A DNA stretch of 64,000 nt from an uncultured Acidobacteriota bacterium (GTDB taxonomy: Bacteria; Acidobacteriota; Polarisedimenticolia; J045), in contig CAVPCQ010000018.1 of NCBI GenBank assembly GCA_963702425.1, positions 155,901 through 219,900 of the forward strand. The letters run 5' to 3'. Below, piece after piece: positions 1 to 10,726 of this stretch (the stretch's first letter is position 1; the number at the start of each line of letters is the position of its first letter). The position numbers and the translations under genes are program-made. The notes under the pieces are model-generated. The model worked only from the letters and a program-made list of their open reading frames with translations. It searched no databases and was not told the DNA's origin.

Positions 1-357
1 CTCGAGCGAGAAATCGGACAGGCGCACGCCGCTGGGCACGACCTGCTCCGGCTCGTCCTCGGCCTGCGACAGCAGGACCTCCTCGACGGGCGGCGGGTCG
101 AACGGCTCGATCACGAAGGGCCGCAGGTTGGCGAGGAACGACGCCTCCTCGACCGGCGAGAGCCCGAAGAGGACGACGACGCCGTAGCGGAACACGACCG
201 CGCCGCCCGCCTCGCCCGCGGCGAGCGTGAGGGGCCGGGAGGCGAGGCGGCGCGTCGTCTCCAGGGCGCGGGTGTCGATCCGCTCGCCCAGGCAGAGCGC
301 CCGCACGACCAGTTCCGTCCCCTGCCCGAACAGAGCCCGCGTCACGCGCGCGTCCAT
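1..357 (-). CDS. RMD1/DUF155 family protein (5' part; runs off window edge)
   Basis: Manual translation MDARVTRALFGQGTELVVRALCLGERIDTRAL...AVVFRYGVVVLFG; its ATG overlaps the ppk1 stop (TGATG). Confidence 0.7.
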   Translation of the reverse strand, partial: MDARVTRALFGQGTELVVRALCLGERIDTRALETTRRLASRPLTLAAGEAGGAVVFRYGVVVLFGLSPVEEASFLANLRPFVIEPFDPPPVEEVLLSQAEDEPEQVVPSGVRLSDFSLE

Positions 358-2476
358 CACGCCCCCGCGCGCTCCCGCGCGAGGCGGATGAACTCCTCCT
401 GCGCGGCTCGCCGCGGCTCGCCGCCGGCGGGCCGGCGCCGCTCGTAGCGCCCATCGGGGAGGCCGTCCCAGGCCGAGCTGTTGTCGTTCTCGTAGACCTC
501 GATGATCCGGTCCAGCTCCTGCCGAACCTCGCGGTCGAGGACCGGCACGATCGTCTCGACGCGGTTCTCGAGGTTCCGCTTCATCCAGTCGGCCGACCCG
601 GTGTAGTACTCGGTCTCCCCTCCGTTGACGAACCGGTACAGCCGGCTGTGCTCGAGGAAGCGCCCGACGACGCTGTAGACCCGGATCGACTCCGAGAGCC
701 CCGGCAGCCCGGGCTTGAGGCAGCACAGCCCGCGCACGTTGAGCGTGATCGGCACGCCGGCGCGGCTCGCGCCGTACAGCTCGCAGATCACCTCGCGGTC
801 CTGGAGCTGGTTCATCTTGGCGTAGATCCCGCACGGACGGCCCGCCCGGGCGTGCTCCGCCTCGCGCCGGATCAGCTCGACGAAGCGCGTCCGCATGAAG
901 TCGGGCGCGACGAGCAGCCGGCGGTAGCGCTGCGCGCCGATCGCTCCGGTCAGCTCGTTGAAGACCGAGGCGGCGTCCTCGCAGATCTCCGGGTCAGCGG
1001 TCAGGATGCCGAAGTCCTCGTAGATCCGCGCCGTGCCGGTGTGGTAGTTGCCGGTCCCGACGTGGGCGTAGCGCCGGAGCTGGCCCCGTTCCTCGCGCAC
1101 CACGAGCGCCAGCTTGACGTGCGTCTTGAGCCGCTCGACGCCGTAGGCGACGTGGACCCCCTCGTTCTCCAGCAGCTCGCCCCAGGCGATGTTGGGCGCC
1201 TCGTCGAAGCGGGCCGTGATCTCGACCAGGACCGCGACCTGCTTGCCGCGCCGCGCCGCCTCGGCCAGCGCGCGCACGATCGGCGAGTCGCTGCTGGTGC
1301 GGTAGATCGTCAGCTTGATCGCCAGCACCTGCGGATCGACGGCCGCGGACTCGAGAAACCGGAGCACCGAGCTGTCGAAGCCGTCGTAGGGGTGGTGGAG
1401 CAGGATGTCGCCGCGCCGGATCTCGTCGAAGATCGCGCCGCGGTCGGACGGGTCGAGGTCCCTCAGGCGCGGGTGCGCCTGGGGCGTGTGGCGCGGGTAG
1501 CGCAGCTCGTCGCGGTCGACGATGTCGAGCCGCATCAGGTCCGCGATCCCCAGGAAGTGATCGACCGCGTAGACGTCGTCCGGCCCGACCTTGAGCTGGC
1601 TCGCGAGCCAGCGCACGGCCGGTTCCGGCATCGCCGACTCGACCTCGAGCCGCACCGGGCCCGCGAAGCGCCGCGCCTTGAGCTCGTCGGACACGAGCCG
1701 CACGATGCTCCCCGGCTCGCGCAGCTCGTCGTCGGCGGCATCGAGGTCGCGCGCGGGATCCCCTTCCGCGCCGCGCGTGACCCGGAAGGCGTGGACGCGC
1801 GTCACCGGCGTGCCCGGGAAGAGCAGGTCGAGATTGGCGGCGATGACCTGCTCGAGCGGTACCACCCCCGGCCCCCCCGGACGCGGCATCCAGCGCGGCC
1901 GGTTGCCGGGCACCTTCAGGCGCACGAAGCGCTCGCGCGCGCCCTGGCTCGTCCCCCAGCGTGATCGCCAGGTTCAGGCCGAGGTTGCTGATGAAGGGGA
2001 ACGGGTGCTCCGCGTCGACCGCGAGCGGCGTCAGGATCGGGAGGATCCCGGCGCGGAACTGCTCGCGCAGCCGCTCACGCTCGTCCGGGGTGAGGCGCGG
2101 CACGTCGTGGATCGGGATCCCCGCGGCGTCGAGCGCCGGGCGGAGCTGGTCGCGCAGGACCTGCTCGAGCGCGCGGACCTGCCGCAGGATCTCGTCCCGG
2201 CAGGCGGCGAACTCCTCGACCGGCAGCCGGCCGTCGAGCGAGCGCTTGCTGCGGCCGCGCTGCACCTGGCGCTTCAGCCCGCTCACGCGCTTCATGAAGA
2301 ACTCGTCGTGGAGCATCCCCATGATGCCGGCGAACTTGATCCGCTCGAGCAGCTGGCAGCTCGGGATCCTCCACCAGCGCCAGCACGCGCCGCGCGAAGG
2401 CGAGCCAGCTCAACTCGCGGTTGAAGTAGGTTTCGGGAGTGTCGATCGCGATCGACTCGGGTTGAACGGCATCCAC
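357..2476 (-). CDS. ppk1: Polyphosphate kinase 1 (two frameshifts near 2355 and 1940, probably sequencing errors)
   Basis: YFNRELSWLAF, DEFFMKRV, HPFPFISN, LLHHPYD, HVGTGNY, GRFLEHSR and GSADWMKRNL spread over three consecutive frames. Confidence 0.92.
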
Positions 2477-2773
2477 GGGGACGGCCTTCCGCGGCGGCGA
2501 AACGGGGAGGGGAGCGGCGCGCCGCCTGAACCAAGGGGATGGTAGCGCGCGAGCCGGGCCGGGCGGAGGCCGGGGATGGGGGAGGCCGTGTGACAATTTC
2601 ATCCGTAATTGTCCGAAAATGTTCAATAACGTCCGCTCGTCTCAAACCGACTCGTGTAGCGCCACGCTCGCGTGCCCTTTGACCGTGCTGTCGCACAGCG
2701 TTGACGCACCCGTCACGGTGCGGCCGGACACTCCACCCGTATCGCGCCGAGTCGGGCGCAGAAAGGGTGTCCC

Positions 2774-4252
2774 GTGAAAACCACTCGGTTCGCACTCCTG
2801 CTCGCCGTGTCGTTCCTCGCGCTCGCCTTCGCCATGAGCGGGACCCCGCTCATCCGCCCCTCCGCCACCACGGTCCCGCTGCACCAGTACGAGGACGCCC
2901 CGGCCACTCCGGACGCCGACGATCCGGCCCTCTGGTTCAACGCCGAAGCGCCGGCCGACAGCCTGGTCCTGGGAACGCTCAAGGACGGCGGGCTGATCGT
3001 CTTCGACCTGCAGGGGACCATCCGTCGCGCGATCCTTCCCCCCAACGCTCCGGTGATCACGGCCGACGATCCACCGACCCCGGCGGGGCTGAACGCCGTC
3101 GCCGCCGCCTGCCCCGAGAGCGAGGATGGCGAGACGTTCGGCCGCTACAACAACGTCGACCTCGTCGAGGGGTTCTCCTTCGGCGCGCGCACGATCGACC
3201 TCGCGGTCGTCACCGATCGCGGCTGCGACCGGGTCCGGTTCTTCGAGGTGAGCGCCGACGGCGTCACCGACATCACGTCGTCGACCGTGGACCGCGTCTT
3301 CCCGGAGCGCTTCGTGAATCCGTCGCCCCTCCAGCCCGGCAGCCTCGAGGCCGGCCTGCAGGACAACCCGCTCGACGACCAGAACACCGGGTACGGCCTC
3401 GCGGTCTGGCCGAACGCGGAGGGGCTCGATCTGTTCGTCTCGCAGCGCTCGCGCAGCAACGTCAAGCAGCTGCGTGTCGAGCGGGCGAGCGACGGCCTGC
3501 TGACCTACCGCACGCTGCGCGAGTTCCGTTTCGACCCGATCTTCGCGCTGACGACCAGCACGGGCGAGTCGCTGCCCTGGACCCCGTGCCGCGAGAGCGC
3601 CGACGATGACCCGCAGTCCGAGGGGCTCGTCGTCGACCCGGCGGGCACGCTCTACGTCGGGTTCGAGGACATCGGCGTCTATCGCATCGCGCTGTCCGCC
3701 GCGCTGCCGGAGATCGTGCAGGTCTCCAACGACGCGCTGTTCGAGCCGGTGAAGAGCTTCGGCCGGGCCTACTGGGCGATCCCCGACGGTGACGAGTTCG
3801 AGTGCGAGATCGAGCCGGCGGGTCAGCCCGAGAACGGGACGATCGTCGCGGCGGGAGCGCCGGAGTTCGCGGGTCAGCACATCGAGGCCGATACCGAGGG
3901 AATGGTCGTGGTGCCGGAGCTGGGAGCCGGCGGCACGCTGATCGTCTCGAGCCAGGGCGACAACACCTTCCAGACCTTCTCGCTGGCAAAGGACAACCAG
4001 TGGCTCGGGCAATTCTCGGTCCTGGGCGTCGGCGACACCGACGGGCTCGCGATCACGACCCGCGCGCTGGGGCCGGACTACCCCTTCGGCGCTCTGATCA
4101 TGCAGAACGGCGAGGCTCCCGAGCCGTCCGACACGAGCGACATCAACGGCTACGCGTACGACGGTTCCTCGCAGTTCGTGATCGTCGGCCGGGCGCCCGG
4201 CGCGAGTCTGGTGCGCCCGTGTCCGAGGCCGACGGTCGGCTCAGCGCGCTGA
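2774..4252 (+). CDS. Secreted beta-propeller 3-phytase
   Basis: Signal peptide; DADDPALW, GRYNNVD, QSEGLVVD, ADTEG, SSQGDN, DTDG motifs. Confidence 0.85.
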   Translation: MKTTRFALLLAVSFLALAFAMSGTPLIRPSATTVPLHQYEDAPATPDADDPALWFNAEAPADSLVLGTLKDGGLIVFDLQGTIRRAILPPNAPVITADDPPTPAGLNAVAAACPESEDGETFGRYNNVDLVEGFSFGARTIDLAVVTDRGCDRVRFFEVSADGVTDITSSTVDRVFPERFVNPSPLQPGSLEAGLQDNPLDDQNTGYGLAVWPNAEGLDLFVSQRSRSNVKQLRVERASDGLLTYRTLREFRFDPIFALTTSTGESLPWTPCRESADDDPQSEGLVVDPAGTLYVGFEDIGVYRIALSAALPEIVQVSNDALFEPVKSFGRAYWAIPDGDEFECEIEPAGQPENGTIVAAGAPEFAGQHIEADTEGMVVVPELGAGGTLIVSSQGDNTFQTFSLAKDNQWLGQFSVLGVGDTDGLAITTRALGPDYPFGALIMQNGEAPEPSDTSDINGYAYDGSSQFVIVGRAPGASLVRPCPRPTVGSAR

Positions 4253-4345
4253 GGCCGGCGCCACGCGACTAACTTACGGCAATTTTCTGAGCCCGCGCTC
4301 GTCGTTCTCGTACGAGACAGGCAACGAAGTTGTTTCATCGATCGA

Positions 4346-4363
4346 TTGTCACGCGATGTTCAT
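4346..4363 (+). promoter_or_regulatory. Pho-box-like 11-bp-period direct repeat
   Basis: TTGTCAC-gcga-TGTTCAT upstream of the operon ending in alkaline phosphatase. Confidence 0.4.
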
Positions 4364-4408
4364 GCGGTGGTCGCGCGCGCGTCATCGCACGGTCGTAGCT
4401 TGAAGTCC

Positions 4409-5002
4409 ATGTCCAATCATCGACTGACTGCACCGCGACGATTCGCCTTGATGCTCGCGCTCGCGGCCACCGCGATCGGCCCTGCGTTGTCGCACGAACC
4501 CACCGCTTCGATACCGGCACCCAAGCCGCGCTCGGGTCCAGGAGCGGCCGGCGAGACTCCGGCGCGTCCTCCGGCCCCGGCGGGGGTCACGGACCTCGAC
4601 TTCCGCGAGCTGTTCAAGATGCCGATCGGTCGCCAGGGCCTCGAGTACTCCGACGAGGCGCGCCGGCTGGCGGGGAAGAAGGTCCGCCTCCTGGGCTACA
4701 TGGCCCAGACGGATCATCCCGCCCCCGGCCTGATGATCCTCTCGCCCTACCCGTTCGTGCTCCACGAGGACGAGTACGGCATGGCCGACGACCTGCCGCC
4801 CACGGTCGTCCAGGTGCTGCTGCCGGACCGGCCCGCGGAGCCGGTCCCGTTCACCCCCGGCCCGCTCCTGCTGACGGGGACGCTCGAGCTCGGCGCGAAG
4901 TCCATGCCCGACGGGCGGCAGTCCTTCGTCCGCTTGCTCCTCGACCCCGCGCCGACCGCCGGCGCGGCTGACCACGCTGACCACGCCACGCACAGCCACT
5001 GA
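4409..5002 (+). CDS. Exported hypothetical protein (DUF3299-like), His-rich tail
   Basis: Signal peptide; LDFRELF...LAGKKVRLLGYM...LTGTLELG; ends DHADHATHSH. Confidence 0.55.
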   Translation: MSNHRLTAPRRFALMLALAATAIGPALSHEPTASIPAPKPRSGPGAAGETPARPPAPAGVTDLDFRELFKMPIGRQGLEYSDEARRLAGKKVRLLGYMAQTDHPAPGLMILSPYPFVLHEDEYGMADDLPPTVVQVLLPDRPAEPVPFTPGPLLLTGTLELGAKSMPDGRQSFVRLLLDPAPTAGAADHADHATHSH

Positions 5003-5059
5003 CAGGAAGCGGGACGATCGTTCCGCGAACCGGACACCCGACCGGGTGCCCGAAGGGGA

Positions 5060-7135
5060 GTGATGATCGTGAAGAAGACACTGAATGGAATCAGACTCGC
5101 CGCGAGCCTCGGACTGCTCGTGGCCGCGGCGGGGGCGGCGATTGCCGCACCGACCGTCTCGCGCCTCACGCCGCCGAGCAACCTGTTCAAGGAGAACGAC
5201 CCCAACCCGCCGTACGTCTCGCGCTTCCTGGTCGGGCAGCGCTTCGACCTGCAGGCGACCGTCTCCCCCGATCCCGGTCAGGCGATCCTCTCGATCAGCT
5301 TCCGGATCGACGGCGCCCCGGTGCCGGGCAGCGTGACCCTCATCCCGGCCACGGTGAGCGGGCTGCCTGCCGGAACGACGATCGGCACGCTGCGCGCCGC
5401 GTCCAACGACACGCCGGGTGCCCACCTCCTGGAGGTGGAAGCGGTGCAGGGCGACGGCCAGGTGGTCGTCGGCCAGGGCAACTTCGAGATCGTCGGGCCG
5501 ACGGTGCCCGGCGGCGGCTTCCAGCCGATCGGCTCGATCGGGCCGAACGACATCGTCGGCCAGGGTGGCGCCAGGAACGTGATCCTCTTCATCGGCGACG
5601 GGATGGGGATCGCGCACCGGACCGCGGCCCGGCTGATGAAGTACGGCGCGGCCCAGGGCAAGTCGCGCGGCCTGCTGGCGATGGATCAGCTGCCGTACAC
5701 CGGGCTGGTGATCACGCACTCGCTGAACTCGATCGTGACCGACTCGTCGCCCGGCGCGGCGTGCTACGCGACCGGCAACAAGTCGAACAACAACCAGCAG
5801 GGCGTCTTCCCGGACGACACGACCGCCAACTTCGACAACCCGCGCGTCGAGCTGATCTCCGAGTACCTGTGGCGCACGCGCGGCAAGGTGAGCGGGATCG
5901 TCACCACCGCGGACGTCTTCGACGCCACCCCGGGCGCCTACGGGACCCACACCCAGTCGCGCGCCGCCGGCACGGGGATCGTCGACCAGTACTTCGACGA
6001 GCGGGACGCGAACGGCATCCGGGTCCTGATGGGCGGCGGACGCAAGTGGTACCTGCCGACCGGCACCCCGGGCTCGCAGCGCAGCAACGGCAACGACTAC
6101 GTCCTCCCGGCCGACCTGACCGCGGGCTGGGGCGTCCCCGCCGGCGCGCTCGACGCGGGCCGGGACCTGATCGCGGACCACGTAAACGCCGGCTGGACCT
6201 ACACGGCCGACGCCTCGGACCTGGCGGCGGTGGCGGACGGCACCGAGCGCCTGCTCGGCCTGTTCTCGCTCTCGAACATGAACATCGCGCTCGACAAGAT
6301 CAACGGTCGCCGCGGCAACGCCGCCGTGGTCAACGACTACGGCTTCCCCAACCAGCCGATGCTCGACGAGATGACCGACAAGGCGCTCGACGTGCTGTCC
6401 AACAACCAGAACGGCTTCTTCCTGATGGTCGAAGCGGCGTCGATCGACAAGCAGGCCCACAACATGGATACCGAGCGCTGGGTCCTCGACACGCTCGAGT
6501 TCGACCGCTCGATCGAGGTCGCCCGCCAGTTCCAGGCGACGCACCCCGACACTCTGATCGTCGTCACCGCGGACCACGAGTGCGCGGGCGTCAACATCAT
6601 CGGCGGGTCCCGCGTCACCAACGCCGACCTCGTCTCGCGGGCCGCGAGCGGACTCGGCGCCGACCAGCTCCGCAACGGCGTCGTCGGCACCTACGACCTG
6701 GCCGGCTTCCCGCGCTACACGATCTCCGAGGACGGCTACCCGGAGTCGACGGACGTCGACAACCGCATGCTGATCGGCTACGCGGCGAACGCGGACCGCT
6801 ACGAGGACTGGCTCACCAACCCGCAGCCGTTGCGCGACTCCCAGCAGCCGTTCAACAACCAGGCGCCGCTCAACACCTACCCCAACGGCCCGCTGAACCG
6901 CGACACGGCGGGCAAGTTCCTCGTCACCGGCCAGCTGCCCGACTCGGTCGCCGCGCACACCGCGTCGGACATCCCGGTGTCGGCGAGCGGTCCAGGTGCG
7001 GAGCGTTTCACGGGCGTGATGGACAACACCGACATCTTCTTCAAGATGATGGAGTCGGTGCTGAAGTCGCCCGGCCGGCCGGCGCCGCGTCCGAAGGTGA
7101 TCCGCGAGCTGGGTCCCAGGGTGAAGGAACTCTGA
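5060..7135 (+). CDS. phoA: Alkaline phosphatase (PhoA family) with extra N-terminal Ig-like domain
   Basis: NVILFIGDGMG, VTDSS (catalytic Ser), FFLMVEAASIDKQAH, LIVVTADHE, HTASD, DNTDIF. Confidence 0.9.
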   Translation: MMIVKKTLNGIRLAASLGLLVAAAGAAIAAPTVSRLTPPSNLFKENDPNPPYVSRFLVGQRFDLQATVSPDPGQAILSISFRIDGAPVPGSVTLIPATVSGLPAGTTIGTLRAASNDTPGAHLLEVEAVQGDGQVVVGQGNFEIVGPTVPGGGFQPIGSIGPNDIVGQGGARNVILFIGDGMGIAHRTAARLMKYGAAQGKSRGLLAMDQLPYTGLVITHSLNSIVTDSSPGAACYATGNKSNNNQQGVFPDDTTANFDNPRVELISEYLWRTRGKVSGIVTTADVFDATPGAYGTHTQSRAAGTGIVDQYFDERDANGIRVLMGGGRKWYLPTGTPGSQRSNGNDYVLPADLTAGWGVPAGALDAGRDLIADHVNAGWTYTADASDLAAVADGTERLLGLFSLSNMNIALDKINGRRGNAAVVNDYGFPNQPMLDEMTDKALDVLSNNQNGFFLMVEAASIDKQAHNMDTERWVLDTLEFDRSIEVARQFQATHPDTLIVVTADHECAGVNIIGGSRVTNADLVSRAASGLGADQLRNGVVGTYDLAGFPRYTISEDGYPESTDVDNRMLIGYAANADRYEDWLTNPQPLRDSQQPFNNQAPLNTYPNGPLNRDTAGKFLVTGQLPDSVAAHTASDIPVSASGPGAERFTGVMDNTDIFFKMMESVLKSPGRPAPRPKVIRELGPRVKEL

Positions 7136-7137
7136 CC

Positions 7138-9198
7138 TCAGCAGCGGACTGATCGTTTCAGGGGCGGGGCGACCTTCGGGCCGCCCCGTCCCTTGCTATC
7201 TGGGTGCGCCGAGCCGGCCAGCGCGAACTCGCAGGAGAAGGCGAGGAAGGGGTCCGCGGCTCCCTGCAGCGTCCGGACGAGGGGAGCGTACTCGCCGGGG
7301 TCGAGGTGGGCCGCGGCGTAGACCGTGCAGGCCTGCAGCCACGGATCGGGGACCTCGAGCAGCATCGCGACCGGCTCGCCGATCGACAGGTCGCCGTAGC
7401 GGCGCTCCGCGGCCCGCCGGCCGACCTCGAGGTGCATCCCCTCGACGAGCGGGACCACGATCGGGCGCAGCGATGCCGGGCAAATCCCCTCGAGGATCTC
7501 GACCGCGGCCGCCCGGACGCGCGGCGGCGCGTCGAAGACGTTGAGGCTGATCCGGCCGTAGTCCTCGTGGTGCGTGCCGGCGTGCAGGGCGGCGAGGATC
7601 ACCGCGACGTTGTCGACCAGGCGGTGCCGGATCGAGCCCGCCCAGAGGTCCGTCACCCCCGGGTCGGTGTGCATCCCCTCGAGCAGCTCCTCCGCGGCGA
7701 GCAGGCGGTACGACTCGCGCGCGCGCGCGTCGACGATCGTGCCGAGCGGGCCGCGCTCGTCCCAGGCGAGCGTCGCCGCCGTCCCGGCGCGGCCGGTAGC
7801 CGCGCTGCGACGGTGCCGCGCGTCCACCCGGATCAGCGTGCGCAGGCGCTCCAGCAGCTGGGGGTCGTCCGGGGCGAGGCTTCGAAGCAGTTCACCCTCG
7901 ATCGTGGCGTCCGGCCCGTCGAGCAGCGCGGCGTAGCGGATCCGGAGCTCGTTGCCGCCGCGGGCGAGCCGTGCGCGCAGGGCCCCGCGGTAGGCCCGCG
8001 CACGCCACAGGGCGACGCCCAGCAGCGCCGCCGCCCCGAGCATGCCGAGCAGCGGAGCCAGCCACGGCGGGGCGCCGGCGAGGGCACGCAGCAGCAGCCC
8101 CGCCAGCAGCATCCCCGAGGGCAACGCGAAGCCGGTCATGAAGACGACCGCCTGCGCGGCGCGCTCGGGCGGGAAGGGGGTGTAGAGCACCGGCTCGAGC
8201 AGCCCCTGGACCCCCTGGCGCACGCTCGTCGTGCCTAGGAAGAGCAGGACCGCGGCGAGCAGGCCGGGGGCTGCGACCGCCGCCGCGAGCGCCACGAACA
8301 TCGCCGCCGGGTAGACCGCACCCGCGCCGCCGAGCCCGTGGCGGGCGATCAGCCACGGCGTCGCGACCAGCTGCGCGGCCAGCGTGGCGAGGCTGCCCAG
8401 GCCGATGAGCAGGCCGTTCGTGGACGCGATCCGGCCGAGGTCGCTGCCGTAGAGTTCGTTGAGCATCCGCCCGTACTCGTAGCGCCCGACCAGCGCCAGC
8501 AGCATCACGCCGGCGAGGCCGGTCCCGATCGCGATCCAGAGCGTGCGGTCGGGGCCCGCGAGCGGGGGCAGGGTGCCCGAACGCCAGCCCCGCGCCGTCC
8601 CGGCAGCGGGCGGCAGGAGCTTCGCCGCCCGCCAGGCCCAGAACGCGACGAGGACCAGGCTCGCGGCCCAGACGTCGAGCAGCTGCTCGCCCGACACGAC
8701 GGACACCGCGCCCTTCGCGAAGAACCCCGAAAGCGCCGCCCCCAGCGTCCCGATCGCCGCCAGCAGCGGCACGTGCCGCCGGGCCTCGCGCGTGTCGTAG
8801 AGCTGGTGTGCGAGCGACCAGAACAGCGCGACGCCGAGGTCGGTGACGACGAACGCGGTGACGTACAGCGCGGCCGGGGCCCACGGCGCATCGTACGTCG
8901 AGGCCCAGTGCACGAGCCCCACCGCCAGCGCCGCCAGCGCGAAGAATGCCGGCAGGACGGCCTGCAGCGCGAAGCGCCGCACCAGCCGCAGCGTCGGGTA
9001 GGCGATGACGGCCATGCCGGCGGCGTTGAGGACGAACATCAGCGGCAACCCGGCGGCGCCCTGCCGCTGCAGCACGACCGAGAGCGCCAGGTTCTGGCCC
9101 AGCCACGCGCCGAACTGCAGCAGGAAGACCCCGGCGGCGAGCAGCGCGAGCGTCCGGCGCGCGCGGCGATCCGGCGGAAGGGAGACCAGGGACCGCAT
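7138..9198 (-). CDS. MFS/NTT (TLC ATP/ADP transporter-like) membrane protein with C-terminal HEAT-like repeats
   Basis: About 12 hydrophobic segments; FWSLAHQLYDTREARR motif; VRAAAVEILE and DPWLQACTVYA HEAT-like tail. Confidence 0.65.
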   Translation of the reverse strand: MRSLVSLPPDRRARRTLALLAAGVFLLQFGAWLGQNLALSVVLQRQGAAGLPLMFVLNAAGMAVIAYPTLRLVRRFALQAVLPAFFALAALAVGLVHWASTYDAPWAPAALYVTAFVVTDLGVALFWSLAHQLYDTREARRHVPLLAAIGTLGAALSGFFAKGAVSVVSGEQLLDVWAASLVLVAFWAWRAAKLLPPAAGTARGWRSGTLPPLAGPDRTLWIAIGTGLAGVMLLALVGRYEYGRMLNELYGSDLGRIASTNGLLIGLGSLATLAAQLVATPWLIARHGLGGAGAVYPAAMFVALAAAVAAPGLLAAVLLFLGTTSVRQGVQGLLEPVLYTPFPPERAAQAVVFMTGFALPSGMLLAGLLLRALAGAPPWLAPLLGMLGAAALLGVALWRARAYRGALRARLARGGNELRIRYAALLDGPDATIEGELLRSLAPDDPQLLERLRTLIRVDARHRRSAATGRAGTAATLAWDERGPLGTIVDARARESYRLLAAEELLEGMHTDPGVTDLWAGSIRHRLVDNVAVILAALHAGTHHEDYGRISLNVFDAPPRVRAAAVEILEGICPASLRPIVVPLVEGMHLEVGRRAAERRYGDLSIGEPVAMLLEVPDPWLQACTVYAAAHLDPGEYAPLVRTLQGAADPFLAFSCEFALAGSAHPDSKGRGGPKVAPPLKRSVRC

Positions 9199-9662
9199 CA
9201 GGCGGGCCGTGCCGTCGCCGCGCGCAGCCGCCCCGCGAGGACCCGGAACAGGCCGAACGCGAGATCGGGACAGAGCGAGATCGCGTCGCGCAGGTCTTCC
9301 TTGTGGATCGTCAGCGCTTCGACCCGCCCGCCGGCGAGTACGGTCGCCGAGCGCGGCTCGTCGTCGAGCACCGACATCTCCCCCACCGACTGCCCCGGTC
9401 CCAGGGTTACGACCAGGCGGCCGAGGGCCTCCCCCGCCGCGCCCCGGGGGGGAGCCGAGCCGAGGACGCGCACCTCGACCCGCCCCGCGAGCAACAGGAA
9501 CATGTCGGTCCCGATCTCGCCCTCGACGCAAAGCCGTTCGCCCGCGTCGAAGGACCGCTCCTCCGCCACCTCGGCGATCGCGCGCAGCGCGGTGTCCGGC
9601 AGCCCGCCGCAGAGCGCGGTCGAGCGCAGGAAGATCACCCGTTCCATCAGGTTGAGGGCCAC
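9198..9662 (-). CDS. Cyclic nucleotide-binding domain protein
   Basis: ERVIFLRSTAL, GEIGTDMFLLLAG, GQSVGEMSVLDDEPRSATV; coupled (TGATG) to the downstream transporter. Confidence 0.85.
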   Translation of the reverse strand: MALNLMERVIFLRSTALCGGLPDTALRAIAEVAEERSFDAGERLCVEGEIGTDMFLLLAGRVEVRVLGSAPPRGAAGEALGRLVVTLGPGQSVGEMSVLDDEPRSATVLAGGRVEALTIHKEDLRDAISLCPDLAFGLFRVLAGRLRAATARPA

Positions 9663-9788
9663 CCCCGGCTCCGGACCCGCGACGCTCGCCTCGCGCGGAC
9701 GGGGGATTCTACACGCGACGACGCTTCAACTCGCCGAGCGTCGTGTCACACGAACGTCACACGCGGCGCTCCGCTCCGAGTGCACCGG

Positions 9789-10613
9789 TCAAAGCGCGGT
9801 ACGCGACATCACCAGGCCGTCCACGCCGACGATCACCTTCTCCACCGGCACGTCGCTGCCCGCCGCGTCGCGCCCGCGGCGTACCGCTTCCGGCAGCGAC
9901 TGGCAGCACGGCACCTCCATCACGACGACGCTGACGCTGGCCACGCCGCTCTGCGCGAAGAGCGCCGCGAAGCGCTGCGTGTACGCGCCGAGGTCGTCGA
10001 ACTTGGGGCAGCCGATCATCACCGCGCGGCCGTCGAGGAAGTCGCGGTGGAAGTTCGGCACCGCGACCGGCACGCAGTCGGCGGCGACGAGCAGGTCGGC
10101 GCCGCGCAGGAACGGGGCGTGCGGCGGCACCAGCGCGATCTGCACCGGCCAGTGCGAGAGCGCCGAGTCGCCGGCAGCGGCCTTCTCGGCCATCGGCGAC
10201 GGGCCGGCGGGCCGCGGCGGCGCGCTGGGGAGGGTCTTCAGCTCGCGCATCCGGCTCCCGGGGCAGCCGCCTCCGGCTGCGACCGCGGGTCCGGCGTGCA
10301 TCGCGTGCACCGTTTCGAGCGGGCTTCCGGATCCAAGCGGGGCCGGGCGCGGCAGGCCGTGCGCGCCGCGGCGAGGCGACCGCCCCTCCAGGTGTAGGGG
10401 CACTTCGAACTCGTCGGCCTCGCGCTCGATGATCCGGATCGCGTCCTTGGGGCAGTGGCCCAGGCACGCGCCGAGGCCGTCGCAGAGCGCGTCGGCGGCC
10501 AGCTTCGCCTTGCCGTTGACGATCTTGATCGCCCCCTCCTGGCAGGAAGGGACGCAGTCGCCGCAGCCGTCACACAGCTCTTCGAGAATCTCCACGATCT
10601 GGCGAACCGCCAC
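9789..10613 (-). CDS. 4Fe-4S dicluster protein with Cys-rich C-terminal domain
   Basis: CDGCGDCVPSC and CDGLGACLGHCP; GCPGS, WPVQIALV, AADC, GCPKFD, MEVPCC. Confidence 0.85.
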   Translation of the reverse strand: MAVRQIVEILEELCDGCGDCVPSCQEGAIKIVNGKAKLAADALCDGLGACLGHCPKDAIRIIEREADEFEVPLHLEGRSPRRGAHGLPRPAPLGSGSPLETVHAMHAGPAVAAGGGCPGSRMRELKTLPSAPPRPAGPSPMAEKAAAGDSALSHWPVQIALVPPHAPFLRGADLLVAADCVPVAVPNFHRDFLDGRAVMIGCPKFDDLGAYTQRFAALFAQSGVASVSVVVMEVPCCQSLPEAVRRGRDAAGSDVPVEKVIVGVDGLVMSRTAL

Positions 10614-10664
10614 GGGACCTCCTTCGCGCTGGGGGGACTGTGGACCAGGCCGGGGCCGGGCGCC

Positions 10665-10678
10665 TTGATGCAGGTCAA
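10665..10678. promoter_or_regulatory. FNR/DNR-type (Crp-Fnr family) binding site
   Basis: TTGAT-gcag-GTCAA, a 9/10 match to TTGAT-N4-ATCAA, between divergent genes. Confidence 0.6.
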
Positions 10679-10726
10679 CCGCGGCCCGCGGACTCGGCTA
10701 TCCTGTCCGCGTCCCGGGGGGTGACG

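Noticed and set aside
2712-2732. GTCAC...GACACT upstream of phytase as a further ECF promoter
   Set aside because: Spacer is 10 nt rather than 15
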